NCBI RefSeq assembly: GCF_963921235.1
Contig: NC_086098.1
Coordinates: forward strand, 2,604,001 to 2,668,000
From: Mobula hypostoma
Lineage: Eukaryota
Length of the DNA stretch: 64,000 bases
Direction: 5' to 3'
In this document: positions 12,786 through 25,543 of the stretch, in pieces
Position numbering within the stretch: position 1 is the stretch's first letter
Layout of the letters: each line of letters starts with the position of its first letter
The notes under the pieces: model-generated
What the model saw: the letters and a program-made list of their open reading frames with translations, nothing else
Databases searched by the model: none
Told to the model about the DNA's origin: nothing
Position numbers and translations under genes: made by a program

Positions 12786-13661
12786 GTGTGTGTGTGTGTG
12801 TGTGTGGGTTTGTGTATGTGAGTGTGTGTGCATGTGTGTGCGTGAGTGAGAGTGTGTGTGTGTATGCACAAGTACGTGTGTGTGAGTGTGCATGTGTGTG
12901 AGAATGTGCATGTGTGTAAATGAGTGCACATTTGAGTGTGTGTGAGTGTGTAAGTGTATGTGTGAGTGAAAGCATATGTGGGTGTGAATGTGAGTGCATG
13001 TGTCCTTGTGTGTAAATGCAAGTGTAGAGTGTGTGTATGTGATTGTGCATGTGTGGGTGAATTGTGTGAGTGTGTGTGAGAGTGTGAGTGTGTGAGTGTG
13101 AGTATATTTGTGTGTGTGTGAGTGTGTGCAAGAGCGCATGAGAATGTGCGTAGGTGTGTGCGTGAGTGTGAGTGAGCATGCATGAGTGTATGTGAGTGTG
13201 TGTGGGTGAGTCTGTGTGAGTGAATGTCTGAGTGTGTGAGGATGTGTGAAAGAGTACATGTGGCTGTGTGTAAGTGTGTGTTTGAGTGTGTGTAGTGTGT
13301 ATATGTGAGTGTGTATGTGAGTGTGTATGTGAGTGAGTGTGCATGAGTGTGTGTTGGTGAGTGTGTGAGTGACCGTCTGTTTGAGTGTGTGAGGATGTGT
13401 GTGAGGAGTGTGTGTTTGAGTGTGTGTGAGTGTGACTGAGTATGTGTGAGTGTGTGTAGTGTGTGTTTCTATATGTGGGTGTGTGTGTGAGTGTGTGTGA
13501 GAGTATGTGTGGGTGTGTGTGAGTGTGTGTGGAAATGTGAGTGTGCATGAGTGTGTGTGGGTGAGTCTGTGTGAGTGAGTGTGAGTGTGTGTGAGAGAGT
13601 ATGTAGTGTGGGTGTGTGTGGGTGTGCGTGAGTGTGTGTATGAGTGTGAGTGAGTGTGTGC
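12786..13661. repeat. Long degenerate (TG)n/(TGAG)n low-complexity tract
   Basis: Direct inspection; explains the His/Thr-rich ORFs. Confidence 0.95.
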
Positions 13662-14159
13662 AATCATATGGAGGAAATGGTTGTTGGGCAGAAGGCTGTT
13701 GGGAAAGTGTTGATCTGATATTCTGTCAAAATCTTCAGATATGATCAAAGGCAATCCTTGTATTCTATGACAGCCACAGGCAATATTATGTTGCAACAAC
13801 AATTCCTTAAAGACATATTAAATCTGGGATAAATAATTGACTAACTTCCAAAATAAACAAAATACTTGCCAGTCTCTATTTCTTGTAACATGGACTGTAA
13901 GAAGACAAAAAATGTAAGGAGCAGCAGGAGATGGTAAACTGCAGAAACAAGCCCCAGAGCTCAAACGCTCTATGGATCACAATCTGTAATCTATATCTCA
14001 AAGCTTAACGAAAAGTACAGATAACGCCTATACACCAGCTGGATTATCTTGCGACTAGAGAGAGAGTCACAGGAGCTGGGAGTGGTGTAAGCCAGTGATG
14101 CGAGTGAAATTCTCATTAACTTACAAAAACAAGATGTGGGCTCATGAGACATGTAGTCA

Positions 14160-14750
14160 CATAGCGGTGAGAGTCGTGGTTAGCAATATGCTATCACAGA
14201 TCCACGTCTTGCAGTTTAGGGTTCAATTCCTCTGTAAGCAAGTTTGTACCTTCCTTCCCGTGTGCACATGGGTTTCCTCCAGGTGCTCCGGTTTCCTCCT
14301 ACAGTCCAAAAATGGGTCAGTTAGTAGGTTAATTTTAAAGTTAAAATCTGTCCCGAGCCTTGTGGCCCATCAGGCCGGTGCTTATGCCAGTTTCTGTGGT
14401 GTGAAGCGACTGATAGTATGAGACTCCCCCCGGATAAGACGCCAGTCTATCGCGAGGTTAACCCCAGGCATTTGCTGGTACCCATTTTCAGCTGGATGGA
14501 CTGGAGCAGTGTGTGGTTAAGTGCCTTGCTCAAAGTCACAACACGCTGCCTTGGCCGAGACTCGAACCCACGACCTTCAGATCGTGAACCCAATGCCCTA
14601 ACCACTTGGCCACGTGCCACACAGTAGGTTAATTAGTCATTGTAAATTGTCCGGTGATGAGGTTAGGATTAAATTGGTGGGTTACTGATGGGTGCAGCTT
14701 GAACAGCCAGTGGGGTCTGTTCCGTACTGTCTCTAAATAAATAAATAAAA
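14160..14750 (+). mobile_element. V-SINE/HE1-like SINE hosting a second SINE
   Basis: gggtttcctccaggtgctccggtttcctcctacagtccaaa core; (AAAT)n tail. Confidence 0.8.
14335..14622 (-). mobile_element. tRNA-derived SINE (family Y) with 12-bp TSD
   Basis: TSD agtaggttaatt at 14323-14334 and 14623-14634; TGGCCAAGTGG A box and GTTCGAGTC B box on the minus strand. Confidence 0.9.
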
Positions 14751-14904
14751 CAATCTTCTTTCATTCTGTTCTGTTGATGTAGTGCCGGTTAATAAGCACA
14801 TGATGGTAAGATATTGGAGCAGAACTAGACCACTAATTTATTATCCCCTCAAACCCATTCTCCTGCCATCTGCTTGTGACCTTTGACGCCTTTACTAATC
14901 TAGA

Positions 14905-15545
14905 ATTCATAGCGAGAGGATTCGAGTACAGGAGCAGGGAGGTACTACTGCAGTTGTACAAGGCCTTGGTGAGACCATACCTGGAGTATTGTGTGCAGTT
15001 TTGGTCCCCTAATCTGATGAAAGATATTCTTGCCATAGAGGGAGTACAAAGGTTAACCAGATTGATTCCTGGGATGGCAGGACTTTCATATGAAGAAAGA
15101 CTGGATGAACTGGGCTTATACTCCCTGGAATTTAGAAGATTGAGGGGGGATCTGATTGAAACATATAAAATTTTAAAGGGATTGGACAGGCTAGATGCAG
15201 GAAGATTGTTCCTGATGTTGGGGAAATCCAGAACAAGGGGTCACAGTTTGATAAAGGGGAAGCCTTTTAGGACCGAGATGAGGAAAAACTTCTTCACACA
15301 GAGAGTGGTGAATCTGTGGAATTCTCTGCCACAGGAAACTGTTGAGGCCAGTTCATTGGCTATATTTAAGAAGGAGTTAGATATGGCTCTTGTGGTTAAA
15401 GGGATCAGGGGGTATGGAGGGAAGGCAGGTACAGGGTTCTGAGTTGGATGATCAGCCATGATCATACTGAATGGCAGTGCAGGCTCGAAGGGCCGAATGG
15501 CCTACTCCTGCACCTATTTTCTATGTTCTATATTTCTAGAAATAT
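14905..15545 (+). mobile_element. CR1 LINE 3' part inserted in an older minus-strand CR1 fragment (~14790-15725)
   Basis: ORF 14876-15442; very similar to 4978-5516. Confidence 0.9.
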
Positions 15546-15920
15546 AGAACCTATCAACCTCTGCTTTAACTATAACCAGTGACATGGATTTCACAACTGT
15601 CTGTGTGGTAATGAACTCCACTGATTCACCACATTTGACTGAAGAAATTCCTTCTCATCTCTATTCTAAAGGAACATCTTTGTAATTCTGAGGCTGTGCT
15701 TTCTGGTCCTAGACTTTCCCAATATTGGGAATGTTGGATAGTCACATCAGATACGATAGACTGACCCTTCCTGAACATCAGAAAGACAACATTTACCCAC
15801 TATGTGCTGCCTTTCCTACACTGAGATCCCCTGCTTACACGATCCATGGGAGACTCATCTCTTACACCGCCACTACCTCGGAACAAGCACCAGAGGTGAG
15901 GGAGAGGGGCCGGCGTCCTG

Positions 15921-16751
15921 GTGAGGCTGAGACAGCGTACAAATTGGCTGCCGCTCCCTAGCATACTCCTGGCTAACGTTCAGTCCCTGGATAACAAGCT
16001 TTGTGAACTGAGAGCCAGAATCTCCAATCAGCGGGAAACAAAGGAAAGCAATGTTTTGTGCTTCGTGGAGACCTGGCTGATGGAGGATTTTCCGGATCAT
16101 GCCATCAAACCCTCTGGGTTCTCCCTGTTCCAGGCGGGCAGGTGGAAAAACCTCACTGGGAAGAGTAAAGGAGGAGGGGTATGCTTCATGGTCAACAATG
16201 CTTGGTGTGACCCCCAGAATGTGCATGCACTCAAATCCTTTTGTTCCCCAGACCTGGAATACCTGGTGCTGTTGTGTAGACCCTACTGGCTGCCTAGGGA
16301 GTTCACGGTTGTTATCATCACAGCAGTGTACATTCCATCGCAGGCTGATATCGACCTGGCTCTCAAGGAACTGTACATCAACACACTGGAGACTGCATAC
16401 CCAGAGGCTGACTTCATCATCACCAGTGACTTTAATCGAGCGTCGCTGATGAAAGTCTCTGTGAAGTTTTGTCAGCACATCCAGGTGAGCACTCGTGGAG
16501 ATAAGACACTTGACGACTGCTACAGTCCCTTCTGCAATGCTCACAAAGCTCTCCTTCGCCCAGGTTTTGGAAAATCAGATCACTCTTCGATCCTGAATTT
16601 GCTGATGTACAGGCAGAAACTGAAACAAGAGGCAGCCACAGTTAAAACCACCCACTGTTGGTCCGACCATTCAACCTCCATGCTGCAGGACTGCTTCGAT
16701 GACGTTGACTGGAATGTCTTCCATGATGAGGGATGTCTCCAAGTTCACTGA
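15921..16751 (+). pseudogene. Rex1/Babar AP-endonuclease domain
   Basis: 276-aa ORF with LLANVQSL / ETWL / AVYIP / SDH motifs; downstream frameshifts. Confidence 0.85.
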
Positions 16752-17499
16752 TGGAGTCACCTGCTTCATCCAGAAATGCATCGACGATGTTGTCCCCCAG
16801 AAGTCGATCAGGGTCTTCCAAACCAGAAACCCTGGATCAATAGTTCCGTGTGAGCAGCATTTACAGCCAACATCGAGCTTACATCGTTGGAGATCAACTA
16901 GAGCTCATAAAAAGTAGCTATGATCTGCACAAAGCTATTAAGGCTGCAAAACAGCAATATAGGGACAAGACTGAGTCAAGATTCACAATGAATAGCACAT
17001 TTGACTTGTGGTGAGGGTTGCATACCATCACAGACTTCAAAGCCAAACATTGTGGTGCCGCTAATATCGCGGCTCCTCTCCCAGATGAGCTCAATCGCTT
17101 TTACGCTCAGTTCGATGTCGCTAACTCTGAGCCTCCGAGGAAAGCCACCGCTGCAACGTGCAACCTGGTCATCTCCAAGGCTGAGGTATGCAGATGTTTC
17201 CAACGAGTGGACAGTGGCAAGGCTGCGGGACCAGACGGCATCCCAGGGCGAGTACTCAGGATGTGCGCAGCACAACTGGCAGGTGTGTTAATCTCTCCCT
17301 CTCCCAGTGAAGAGTGCCCTCCTGCTTCAAAACATCCACCATTGTCCCTGTACCTAACAGGTCCAAGGTAACATGCCGGAACGACTGGCATCCTGTGGCA
17401 CACACATCAATAAAACCATTGAAACCATAGAAACTACAGCACAGAAACAGGCCCTTTGGCCCTTCTTGGCTGTGCCGAACCACTTTCTGCCTAGTCCAC

Positions 17500-20318
17500 T
17501 GACCTGCACATGAACCATATCCCCCCATACACCTCCCATCCATGTATCTGTCCAATTTATTCTTCAATGTTAAAAAAGAACCCGCATTTACCACCTCGTC
17601 TGGCAGCTCATTCCATACTCCCACCACTCTCGGTATGAAGAAGCTCCTCCTAATGTTCCCTTTAAACTTTTCCCCCCTCACCCTTAACCCATGTCCTCTG
17701 GTTTTTTTCTCCCCTTGCCTCAGTGGAAAAAGCCTGCTTGCATTCACTCTATCTATACCCATCATAATTTTATATACCTCTATCAAATCTCCCCTCATTC
17801 TTCTATGCTCCAGGGAATAAAGTCCTAACCTATTCAACCTTTCTCTGTAACTGAGTTTCTCAAGTCCCGGCAACATCCTTGTAAACCTTCTCTGCACTCT
17901 ATCAACCTTATTTATATCCTTCCTGTAATTTGGTGACCAAAACTGAACACAATACTCCAGATTCGGCCTCACCAATGCCTGAAACAACCTCATCATAACA
18001 TTCCAACTCTTATACTCAATACTTCGATTAATAAAGGCCAATGTACCAAAAGCTCTCTTTACGACCCTATCTACCTGTGACGACACTTTTAGGGAATTTT
18101 GAATCTGTATTCCCAGATCCCTCTGTTCCACTGCACTCCTCAGTGCCTTACCATTAACCCTGTATGTTCTACCTTGGTTTGTCCTTCCAACGTGCAATAC
18201 CTCACACTAGTCTGTATTAAACTCCATCTGCCATTTTTAAGCCAATTTTTCCAGCTGGTCCAAGTCCCTCTGCAGGGTCTGAAAAGCTTCCTCACTGTCT
18301 ACTACACCTCTAATCTTTGTATCATCAGCAAACTTGCTGATCCAATTTACCACATTATCATCCCGATCATTGATATAGATGACAAATAACAATGGACCCA
18401 GCATGGATCCCTGTGGCACACCACTAGTCACAGGCCTCCACTCAGAGAAGCAATTCTCTACCACCACTCTCTGGCTTCTTCCATCGAGCCAATGTCTAAT
18501 CCAATTTACCACCTCTCCATGTATACCTAGCAACTGAATTTTCCTAACTAACCTCCCATGCGGGACCTTGTCAAAAGCCTTACTGAAGTCCATGTAGACA
18601 ATATCCACTGCCTTCCCTTCATCCACATTTCTGGTAACCTCCTCAAAAAACTCCAACAGATTGGTCAAACATGACCTACCACGCACAAAGCCATGTTGAC
18701 TCTCCCTAATAAGCCCCTGTCTATCCAAATGCTTGTAGATTCTGTCTCTTAGTACTCCCTCCAATAACTTACCTACTACTGACGTTAAACTCACCGGCCT
18801 ATAATTTCCTGGATTACTTTTCGATCCTTTTTTAAACAACGGAAAAACATGAGCCACTCTCCAATCCTCCGGCACCTCACCTGTAGACAGCGACATTTTA
18901 AATATTTCTGCCAGGGCCCCCGCAATTTCAACACTAGTCTCCTTCAAGGTCCGAGGGAACATACTGTCAGGTCCCGGGGATTTATCCACTTTAATTTTCC
19001 TCAAGACAGCAAGCACCTCCTCCTTTTCAATCTGTACAGTTTCCATGGTCTCACTACTTGATTCCCTCAATTCCATAGATTTCATGCCAGCTTCCTTAGT
19101 AAATACAGACGCAAAAAACCTATTTAAGATCTGCCCCATTTCCTTTGGTTCCGTACAAAGCCGACCACTCTGATCTTCAAGAGGACCAATTTTATCCCTT
19201 ACAATCCTTTTGCTCTTAATATACTTGTAAAAGTTCTTTGGATTATCCTTCACTTTGACTGCCAAGCCAACCTCATGTCTTCTTTTTGCCCTCCTGATTT
19301 CTTTCTTAAGTATTTTCTTGCACTTCTTATACTCCTCAAGCACCTGATTTACCCCCTGTTTCCTATACATTTCATACAACTCCCTCTTTTTCTTTATCAA
19401 AGTTGCAATATCCCTTGAGAACCAAGGTTCCTTATTCCTATTCAATTTGCCTTTAATCCTGACAGGAACATACAAACTCTGCACTCTCAAAATTTCCCCT
19501 TTGAAGGCTTCCCACCTACCAATCACATCTTTGCCAGAGAACAACCTGTCCCAATCCACGCTTTTTAGATCCTTTCTCATTTCTTCAAATTTGGCCTTCT
19601 TCCAGTTAAGAACCTCAACCCTAGGACCAGATCTATCCTTGTCCATGATCAAATTGAAACTAGTGGTGTTATGATCACTGGAACCAAAGTGCTCCCCTAC
19701 ACAGACTTCTGTCACTTGCCCTAATTCGTTACCTAACAGGAGATCCAATATTGCATCCCCTCTAGTTGGACCCTCTATATATTGATTTAGAAAACTTTCC
19801 TGAACACATTTTACAAACTCTAAACCATCTAGACCCCTAACAATATGGGAGTCCCAATCAATGTATGGAAAATTAAAATCCCCTACCACCACAAATTTAT
19901 GTTTCCTGTAGTTGCCTGCTATCTCTCTGCAGATTTGCTCTTCCAAGTCTCGTTGACTATTGGGTGGTCTGTAATACAATCCCACTAATGTGGCCATACC
20001 TTTCCTGTTTCTCAGCTCCACCCATAAGGACTCAGTAGACAAGCCCTCTAATCTGTCCTGCCTGAGCACTGCTGTAATATTTTCCCTAACAAGCAATGCT
20101 ACTCCCCCACCTTTCATTCCTCTGCCTCGATCACATCTGAAACATCGGAACCCTGGAATATTAAGCTGCCAGTCCTGCCCCTCCTGTAGCCACGTTTCAC
20201 TAATTGCTACAACATCATAATTCCATGTGTCAATCCACGCCCTCAACTCATCCGCCTTCCCCGCAATACTCGTAGCATTGAAATATATACACCTCAGAAG
20301 ATTTTTACCACCACTCAC
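17500..20318 (-). pseudogene. CR1 ORF2p (APE + RT), frameshifted near 18240
   Basis: 693-aa ORF (ISETWL, GDFN, SDH, DFSKAFDKV, GVPQGS, KFADDTK) stops at QLEKLA*; C-terminus continues in another frame. Confidence 0.9.
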
Positions 20319-20418
20319 AGCCTTTCTATCAGCGGATTTGCTTAAACTTTCAACACATTTATTTTCACCCCAGCCACACTGTCAGCTCTGGCACTCTGGT
20401 TCCCATCCCCCTGCAAAT

Positions 20419-21381
20419 CTAGTTTAAAGCCTCCCCAATAGCACTAACAAACCTCCCTGAAAGGATATTGGTCCCCCTGTGGATCAAGTGTAACCCGTCT
20501 CTCTTGTACAGGTCCCACCTACCCCAGAAGAGGTCCCAATTATCCTGAAATCTGAAACCCTGCCCCCTACACCAGTTCATCAGCCACTTGTTCCTCCTCC
20601 AGAGCATCCTATTCCTACCCTCACTGGCACCTAGCACAGGTAGCAATCCTGAGATTACCACCCTCGAGGTCCTGCTTTTCAACTTCCTACCAAGCTCTCT
20701 ACACTCACTCTCCAAGACCTCCTCACTCTTCCTTGCTATGTCATTGGTACCGATGTGCACCACGACATCTGGCTGGTCACCCTCCCACTTCAGAATGTCA
20801 TGCAATTGATCAGAGACATCCTTGACCCTGGCACCTGGGAGGCAACAAACCATCCTGGATTCTCTGTCACGACCACAGAACCTCCTATCTGCACCTCTAA
20901 CTATCAAGTCCCCTATCACTACCACTCTCCTCTTTCTCCCCGCTCCCTTCTGCACTGCAGAGGCAGTCTCGGTGCCAGAGATCCGGCTACTGCAGCTAGT
21001 CCCAGGTAAGTCATCCCCCCCAACAGTATCCAATGGGGTATACTTTTTGCTGAGGGGAATGGCCACAGGGGAACCCTGCTCTGCCTGCCCTTTCCCCTTC
21101 CCTCGCCTGACAGTGACCCAATTTCCTGTGCTTTGCTCCTTTGGCGTAACTACTTCCCTGTAGCTACGATCTATAATCTCCTCATTCTCCCGAATGATCC
21201 GCAGGTCATCCAGCTCCTGCTCCAGTTCCCTAACGCGGTTTGTCAGGAGCTGCAGCTGGATGCACTTCCTGCAGGTGTCGTTGTCAGGGACACTGGAGGG
21301 CTCCCTGACTTCCCACATCCTGCAAGAGGAGCATTCCAACATCCTGCCTGGCATTCTCTCTACGCTAGACAATCTGAACAA
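20419..21381 (-). CDS. CR1 ORF1p: Cys-rich zinc-finger/leucine-zipper plus SGNH esterase-like domain
   Basis: CSSC..CRKC, LQLLTNRVRELEQELDDL, VIGDLIVR, VHIGTND, DGLHL; uninterrupted 320 aa. Confidence 0.9.
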   Translation of the reverse strand: MFRLSSVERMPGRMLECSSCRMWEVREPSSVPDNDTCRKCIQLQLLTNRVRELEQELDDLRIIRENEEIIDRSYREVVTPKEQSTGNWVTVRRGKGKGQAEQGSPVAIPLSKKYTPLDTVGGDDLPGTSCSSRISGTETASAVQKGAGRKRRVVVIGDLIVRGADRRFCGRDRESRMVCCLPGARVKDVSDQLHDILKWEGDQPDVVVHIGTNDIARKSEEVLESECRELGRKLKSRTSRVVISGLLPVLGASEGRNRMLWRRNKWLMNWCRGQGFRFQDNWDLFWGRWDLYKRDGLHLIHRGTNILSGRFVSAIGEALN

Positions 21382-21872
21382 AAAACTTACCAGAACCTAC
21401 CCTGACCTCTGCCTGTTCTCGCCGAAGCCTTTTTGAGCCAAAGCCGCCCCACTCTGACTCAGTCCACTCCGACGATGGCCGCGACAACGATGGCCGCTGT
21501 ATATGGTGGTCTGCTTTTAAACCTTGGCGCGCTACGTCACATGCCTGCGCAGTGCAGACCCTTTTCCCCGAGCAGTGTTTAAAAAAAAAACGACTTTTTC
21601 GACCCGAATTCTTCCGCTCACTTCTTCAGCTACTTGCTTCGACAGAAACAAGAACAGTTGAAATTTGTAATAATAAGCAAATACTTTGAGAGGCTGGTCA
21701 AGGATTACATCTGCAGCTTGCTACCACCCACACTGGACCCCCTACAATTCACCCACTGACACAACCGATCGACAGACGACACAATAGCCACGGCTCTACA
21801 TACTGTCCTTACAGATCTGGAGAAGAAGGATGCTTATGTGAGAAAGCTGTTCTTGTACTGCAGTTTAGCATT

Positions 21873-22047
21873 AGTCAAGTCAAGTTTATTGTCACTTCGA
21901 CCATAAGCTGCTGGTACAGTACACAGTAAAAACGAAACAGCATTCCTCCAGGACCATGGTGCTACATGAAACAACACAAAACTGCACTGGACTATGTGAG
22001 ACAGCACAAGGCTATACTAGGCTACGTAAAACAACATAAAAATTGCA
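21873..22047 (-). mobile_element. Short LINE 3' end inserted in the Rex1 RT
   Basis: Minus-strand AATAAA with (CTTGA)n tail; host RT resumes afterwards. Confidence 0.6.
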
Positions 22048-23542
22048 CAAGCACCATAGTCCCATCCAGGCTCGACAAGAAGCTCAGAGACCTCAGCCTT
22101 CACCCTACGTGGTGCAGCTGGATCCTGGACTTCCTGTCAGATCGCCAGCAGGCTGTAACAGTGGGCTCCCTCACCTCCACCCCTCTAACTCTCAATACAG
22201 GAGCCCCTCAGGGCTGCATACGGAGTTCTCTCCTTTACTCACTGTATATTCATGACTGTGTTGCCACCCACAGCCCCAATCTGCTAATTAAATTTGCCGA
22301 CGACACTACATTGATTGGTCTAATCTCAAACAATAACAAGGTGGCCTATAGGGAAGAAGTCATCTCTCTGACACATTGGTGTCAAGAAAACAACCGTCCT
22401 TAATGCCGCAAAAACAAAGGAGCTGGTTGTGGATTACAGGAGGAATGGAGATGGCCTGACCCCTACTGACATCAGTGGATCTGGGATTGAGAGAGTAAAC
22501 AACTTCTAGTTCCTTGGCATCCACATCACTGAGGACTTCACGTGGTCTCTATACACCAGCTGTGTGGAGAACAAGGCACAACGGCACCTCTTTCACGTCA
22601 GATGGTTGAGGAAGTTTGTAATGGGCCCCTAAATCCTAAGAACTTTCTACAGGGGCACAATTGACAGCATCCTGACTGGCTGCATCACTGTCTGGTATGG
22701 GAACTGTACCTCCCTTAATCACAGGACTCTGTAGAGAGTGGTGCGGACAGCCCAGCGTATCTGTAGTTGTGAACTTCCCAAGATTCAGGACATCTACAAG
22801 GACATGTATGTAAAAAGGGCCCGAAGGATCATTGGGGACCCAAGTTATCCCAACCACACTCTATTCCAGCTGCTACCATCCAGGAAACAGTACTGCAGCT
22901 TAAAAGCCAGGACCAACAGGCTCCGGGACAGCTTCTTCCACCAGGCCATCAGACTGATGAACTCACGCTGACTTGAGTCTACTCTATATTACATTGACTG
23001 TTCTATTTATTATAAATTACTATGATTGCACATTGCACATTTAGATGGAGACGTAATGGAAAGATTTTTACTCCTCACGTATGTGAAGGATTTAAGAAAT
23101 AAAGTCAATTCAATTCATAATATCCACTCACATTCACTTGATATTTGATAGGCTTCAATGAGATCCTCTCTCAGGCTTCCAGACTCTGGCAAGTGGAAAC
23201 CCAGAGTCACCCAACACTTCCTTTCATATATTTTTATGTGAGTAGGTAATGGTCTGGTCAGGTCTTCACAGCAGAAGTGCACTGGGACCTGAGAAGCATG
23301 TTGAAGGCCAAGTTTTGCTCATGTATCTTCATATCATTGTACATCACTCAGTGTTAACTTTATTCACTGATCCAATGAAGATCTTAAGGACTTTTAAACT
23401 AGTGATTGTGTTCTATAAGTAAAAGTTTTTCGAGGAGCAAAGCAGACGGATGACATCTCAAAATCAGGAACTGCTTCCCAGAAACTAAGAAACAATAATG
23501 ACTGACTGAGGACAGGAGGTAGAGGCTACACACCGATAACAA

Positions 23543-23750
23543 TGGGCAGCACAGTGGTTAGCACAAAGCTTCACAGCAACAGCAAACTGGGTTCGAATCG
23601 TGCAACTACATGTAAAGAGCTTGTATGTTCTCTCTGTGACCACATGCGATTCCCCTGGGTGCTCCCATTTCCACTCACATTCCAAAGATGTATTGGTTGG
23701 TATGTTTATTACTCATTGTAAATTTTCACGTAATTAGGCAAGGGTTAAAT
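23543..23750 (+). mobile_element. V-SINE/HE1-like SINE
   Basis: gggcagcacagtggttagcac head, gggttcgaatc B box. Confidence 0.75.
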
Positions 23751-24192
23751 AGTCATAGTCATACTTTGTTGATCCCGGGGGAAATTGGTTTTCGTTACAG
23801 TTGCACCATAACTAATTAAATAGTAATAAAACCATAAATAGTTAAATAGTAATATGTAAATTATGCCAGGAAATTATGAAATAAGTCCAGGACCAGCCTA
23901 TTGGCTCAGGGTGTCTGACCCTCCAAGGGAGGAGTTGTAAAGTTTGATGGCCACAGGCAGGAATGACTTCCTATGACGCTTTGTGCTGCATCTCGGTGGA
24001 ATGAGTCTCTGGCTGAATGTACTCCTGTGCTCCTGTGGCGATAGCCAAAATTGCAGTAGGTCCAAGTTCCTGCTGAGGCAATTCAGTCTAGTCAGGATCA
24101 ACATCTCAAAGCATTTCATTACTGTAGATGTGAGTGCTACTAGGTGATAGCCATTAATGTAGTTCACATTATTCTTCTTAGGCACTGGTATA
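23750..24192 (-). mobile_element. Rex1/Babar-type fragments (3' end of the 9865-10696 family)
   Basis: HRSTFSQRLIPPRCS..KSFLPVAIKLY; (ATGACT)n tail; joined to an RT fragment (YHLVALTSTVMKCFE). Confidence 0.85.
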
Positions 24193-24197
24193 ATTGT

Positions 24198-25543
24198 TGC
24201 CAGTTAGCCTGACCTCAGCGGTTGGGAAGATGTTAGAGTCATTTGTTAAGCATGAGGTGGTGGAGTACTTGGTAACACAGGACAAGATAATACAAAGTCA
24301 GCGTGGTTTCCTTCAGGAAAAATCCTGCCTATCGAACCTGTTGGAATTCTTTGAGGAAATTACAAGTAGGATAGATAAAGGGGATAGAGTGGATGTTGTA
24401 TATTTGGACTTTCAGAAGGCCTTTGACAAGGTGCCACACATGAGGTTGCTTACCAAGTTAAGAGCCCATGGTATTACAGGAAAGTTACTATCATGGTTAG
24501 AGCATTGGCTGATTGGTAGGAGGCAGCGAGTGGGAATAAAAGGATCCTTTTCTGGTTGGCTGCCAGTGACTAGTAGTGTTCCGCAGGGGTTGGTGTTGGG
24601 ACCACTTCTTTTTATGTTGTATATAAATGATTTAGGTGATGGAATAATGGCTTTGTTGCCAAATTTGCGGATGATACGAAGATTGATGGAGGGGCAGGTA
24701 GTGTTGAGGAAACAGGTAGGCTGCAGAAGGACTTGGACAGATTAGGAGAATGGGCAAGAAAGTGGCAAATGAAATACAATGTTGGAAAATGCATGGTCAT
24801 ACACTTTGGTAGTAGAAATAAATGTACAGACTATCTTTAAAACGGGGAGAAAATCCAAAAATCTGAGATGCAAAGGGACTTGTGAGCCCTTGTGCAGAAT
24901 ACCCTAAAGCTTAAATTTCAGTTTAATTTGTTGGTGAGGAAGGGAAATGCCAAGTTACCATTCATTTCAAGAGGTCAAGAATACAAGAGCAAGGATGTGT
25001 TGCTGAGGCTTTATAAGGCACTGGTGAGGCCTTACCTTGAGTATTGTGAACAGTTTCGGGCCCCTCATCTTAGAAAAGATGTGCTGGCATTGGAGAGGGT
25101 CCAGAGGAGGTTCACAAGGATGATTCCAGGAATGAAAGGGTTATCATACGAGGAACGTTAGATGGCTCTGGGTCTGTACTCACTGAAATTCAGAAGGACA
25201 AGAGGGGGATCTTATTGAAAGGCCTAACCAGAGTAGATATGGAAAGGATGTTTCCCATGGTGGGAGAGTCTAGATGGGCATCATTTCAAAACAGATGAAG
25301 AGAAATTTCTTTAGCCAAAGGGTGGTGAATTTGTGGAATTTATTGCCACGTGCAGCTGTGGAGGCCAAGTAGTTGGGCCTATTTAAGGCAGAGATTGATA
25401 GGTTCTTGATCGGACATGGAATCAAAGGTTATGAGGTGAGGGCCTTGAAATGGGGTTGAAGAGGAGGGGAAAAAAAGGATCAGCGAAGCAGACGCGATGG
25501 GCCAGATGGCCTAATTGTGCTCCTATGTCTTATGGTCTTATGG
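24198..25543 (+). mobile_element. CR1 LINE RT and 3' end, decayed
   Basis: PVSLTS, YLDFQKAFDKVPH, VPQG; (TCTTATGG)n tail. Confidence 0.92.

Larger units (their letters stand above)
17414..21668 (-). mobile_element. Full-length CR1 LINE (5'UTR, ORF1, ORF2, 3'UTR, tail)
   Basis: Both ORFs present; (TTTCTATGG)-like tail; host Rex1 RT continuous across the junctions; possible aataa TSD (17409-17413, 21669-21673). Confidence 0.95.
15750..23117 (+). mobile_element. Near full-length Rex1/Babar LINE (APE + RT), decayed, split by a CR1 and a small insert
   Basis: APE motifs LLANVQSLDNK, CFVETWL, SDFN, GKSDH; RT motifs KAAGPDGIPG, TGAPQGC, KFADDTT; (CAATT)n tail. Confidence 0.9.

Noticed and set aside
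12688..13802. Long His/Thr-rich ORFs (up to 344 aa)
   Set aside because: Translations of the (CA)n-type tract, which lacks stops in several frames
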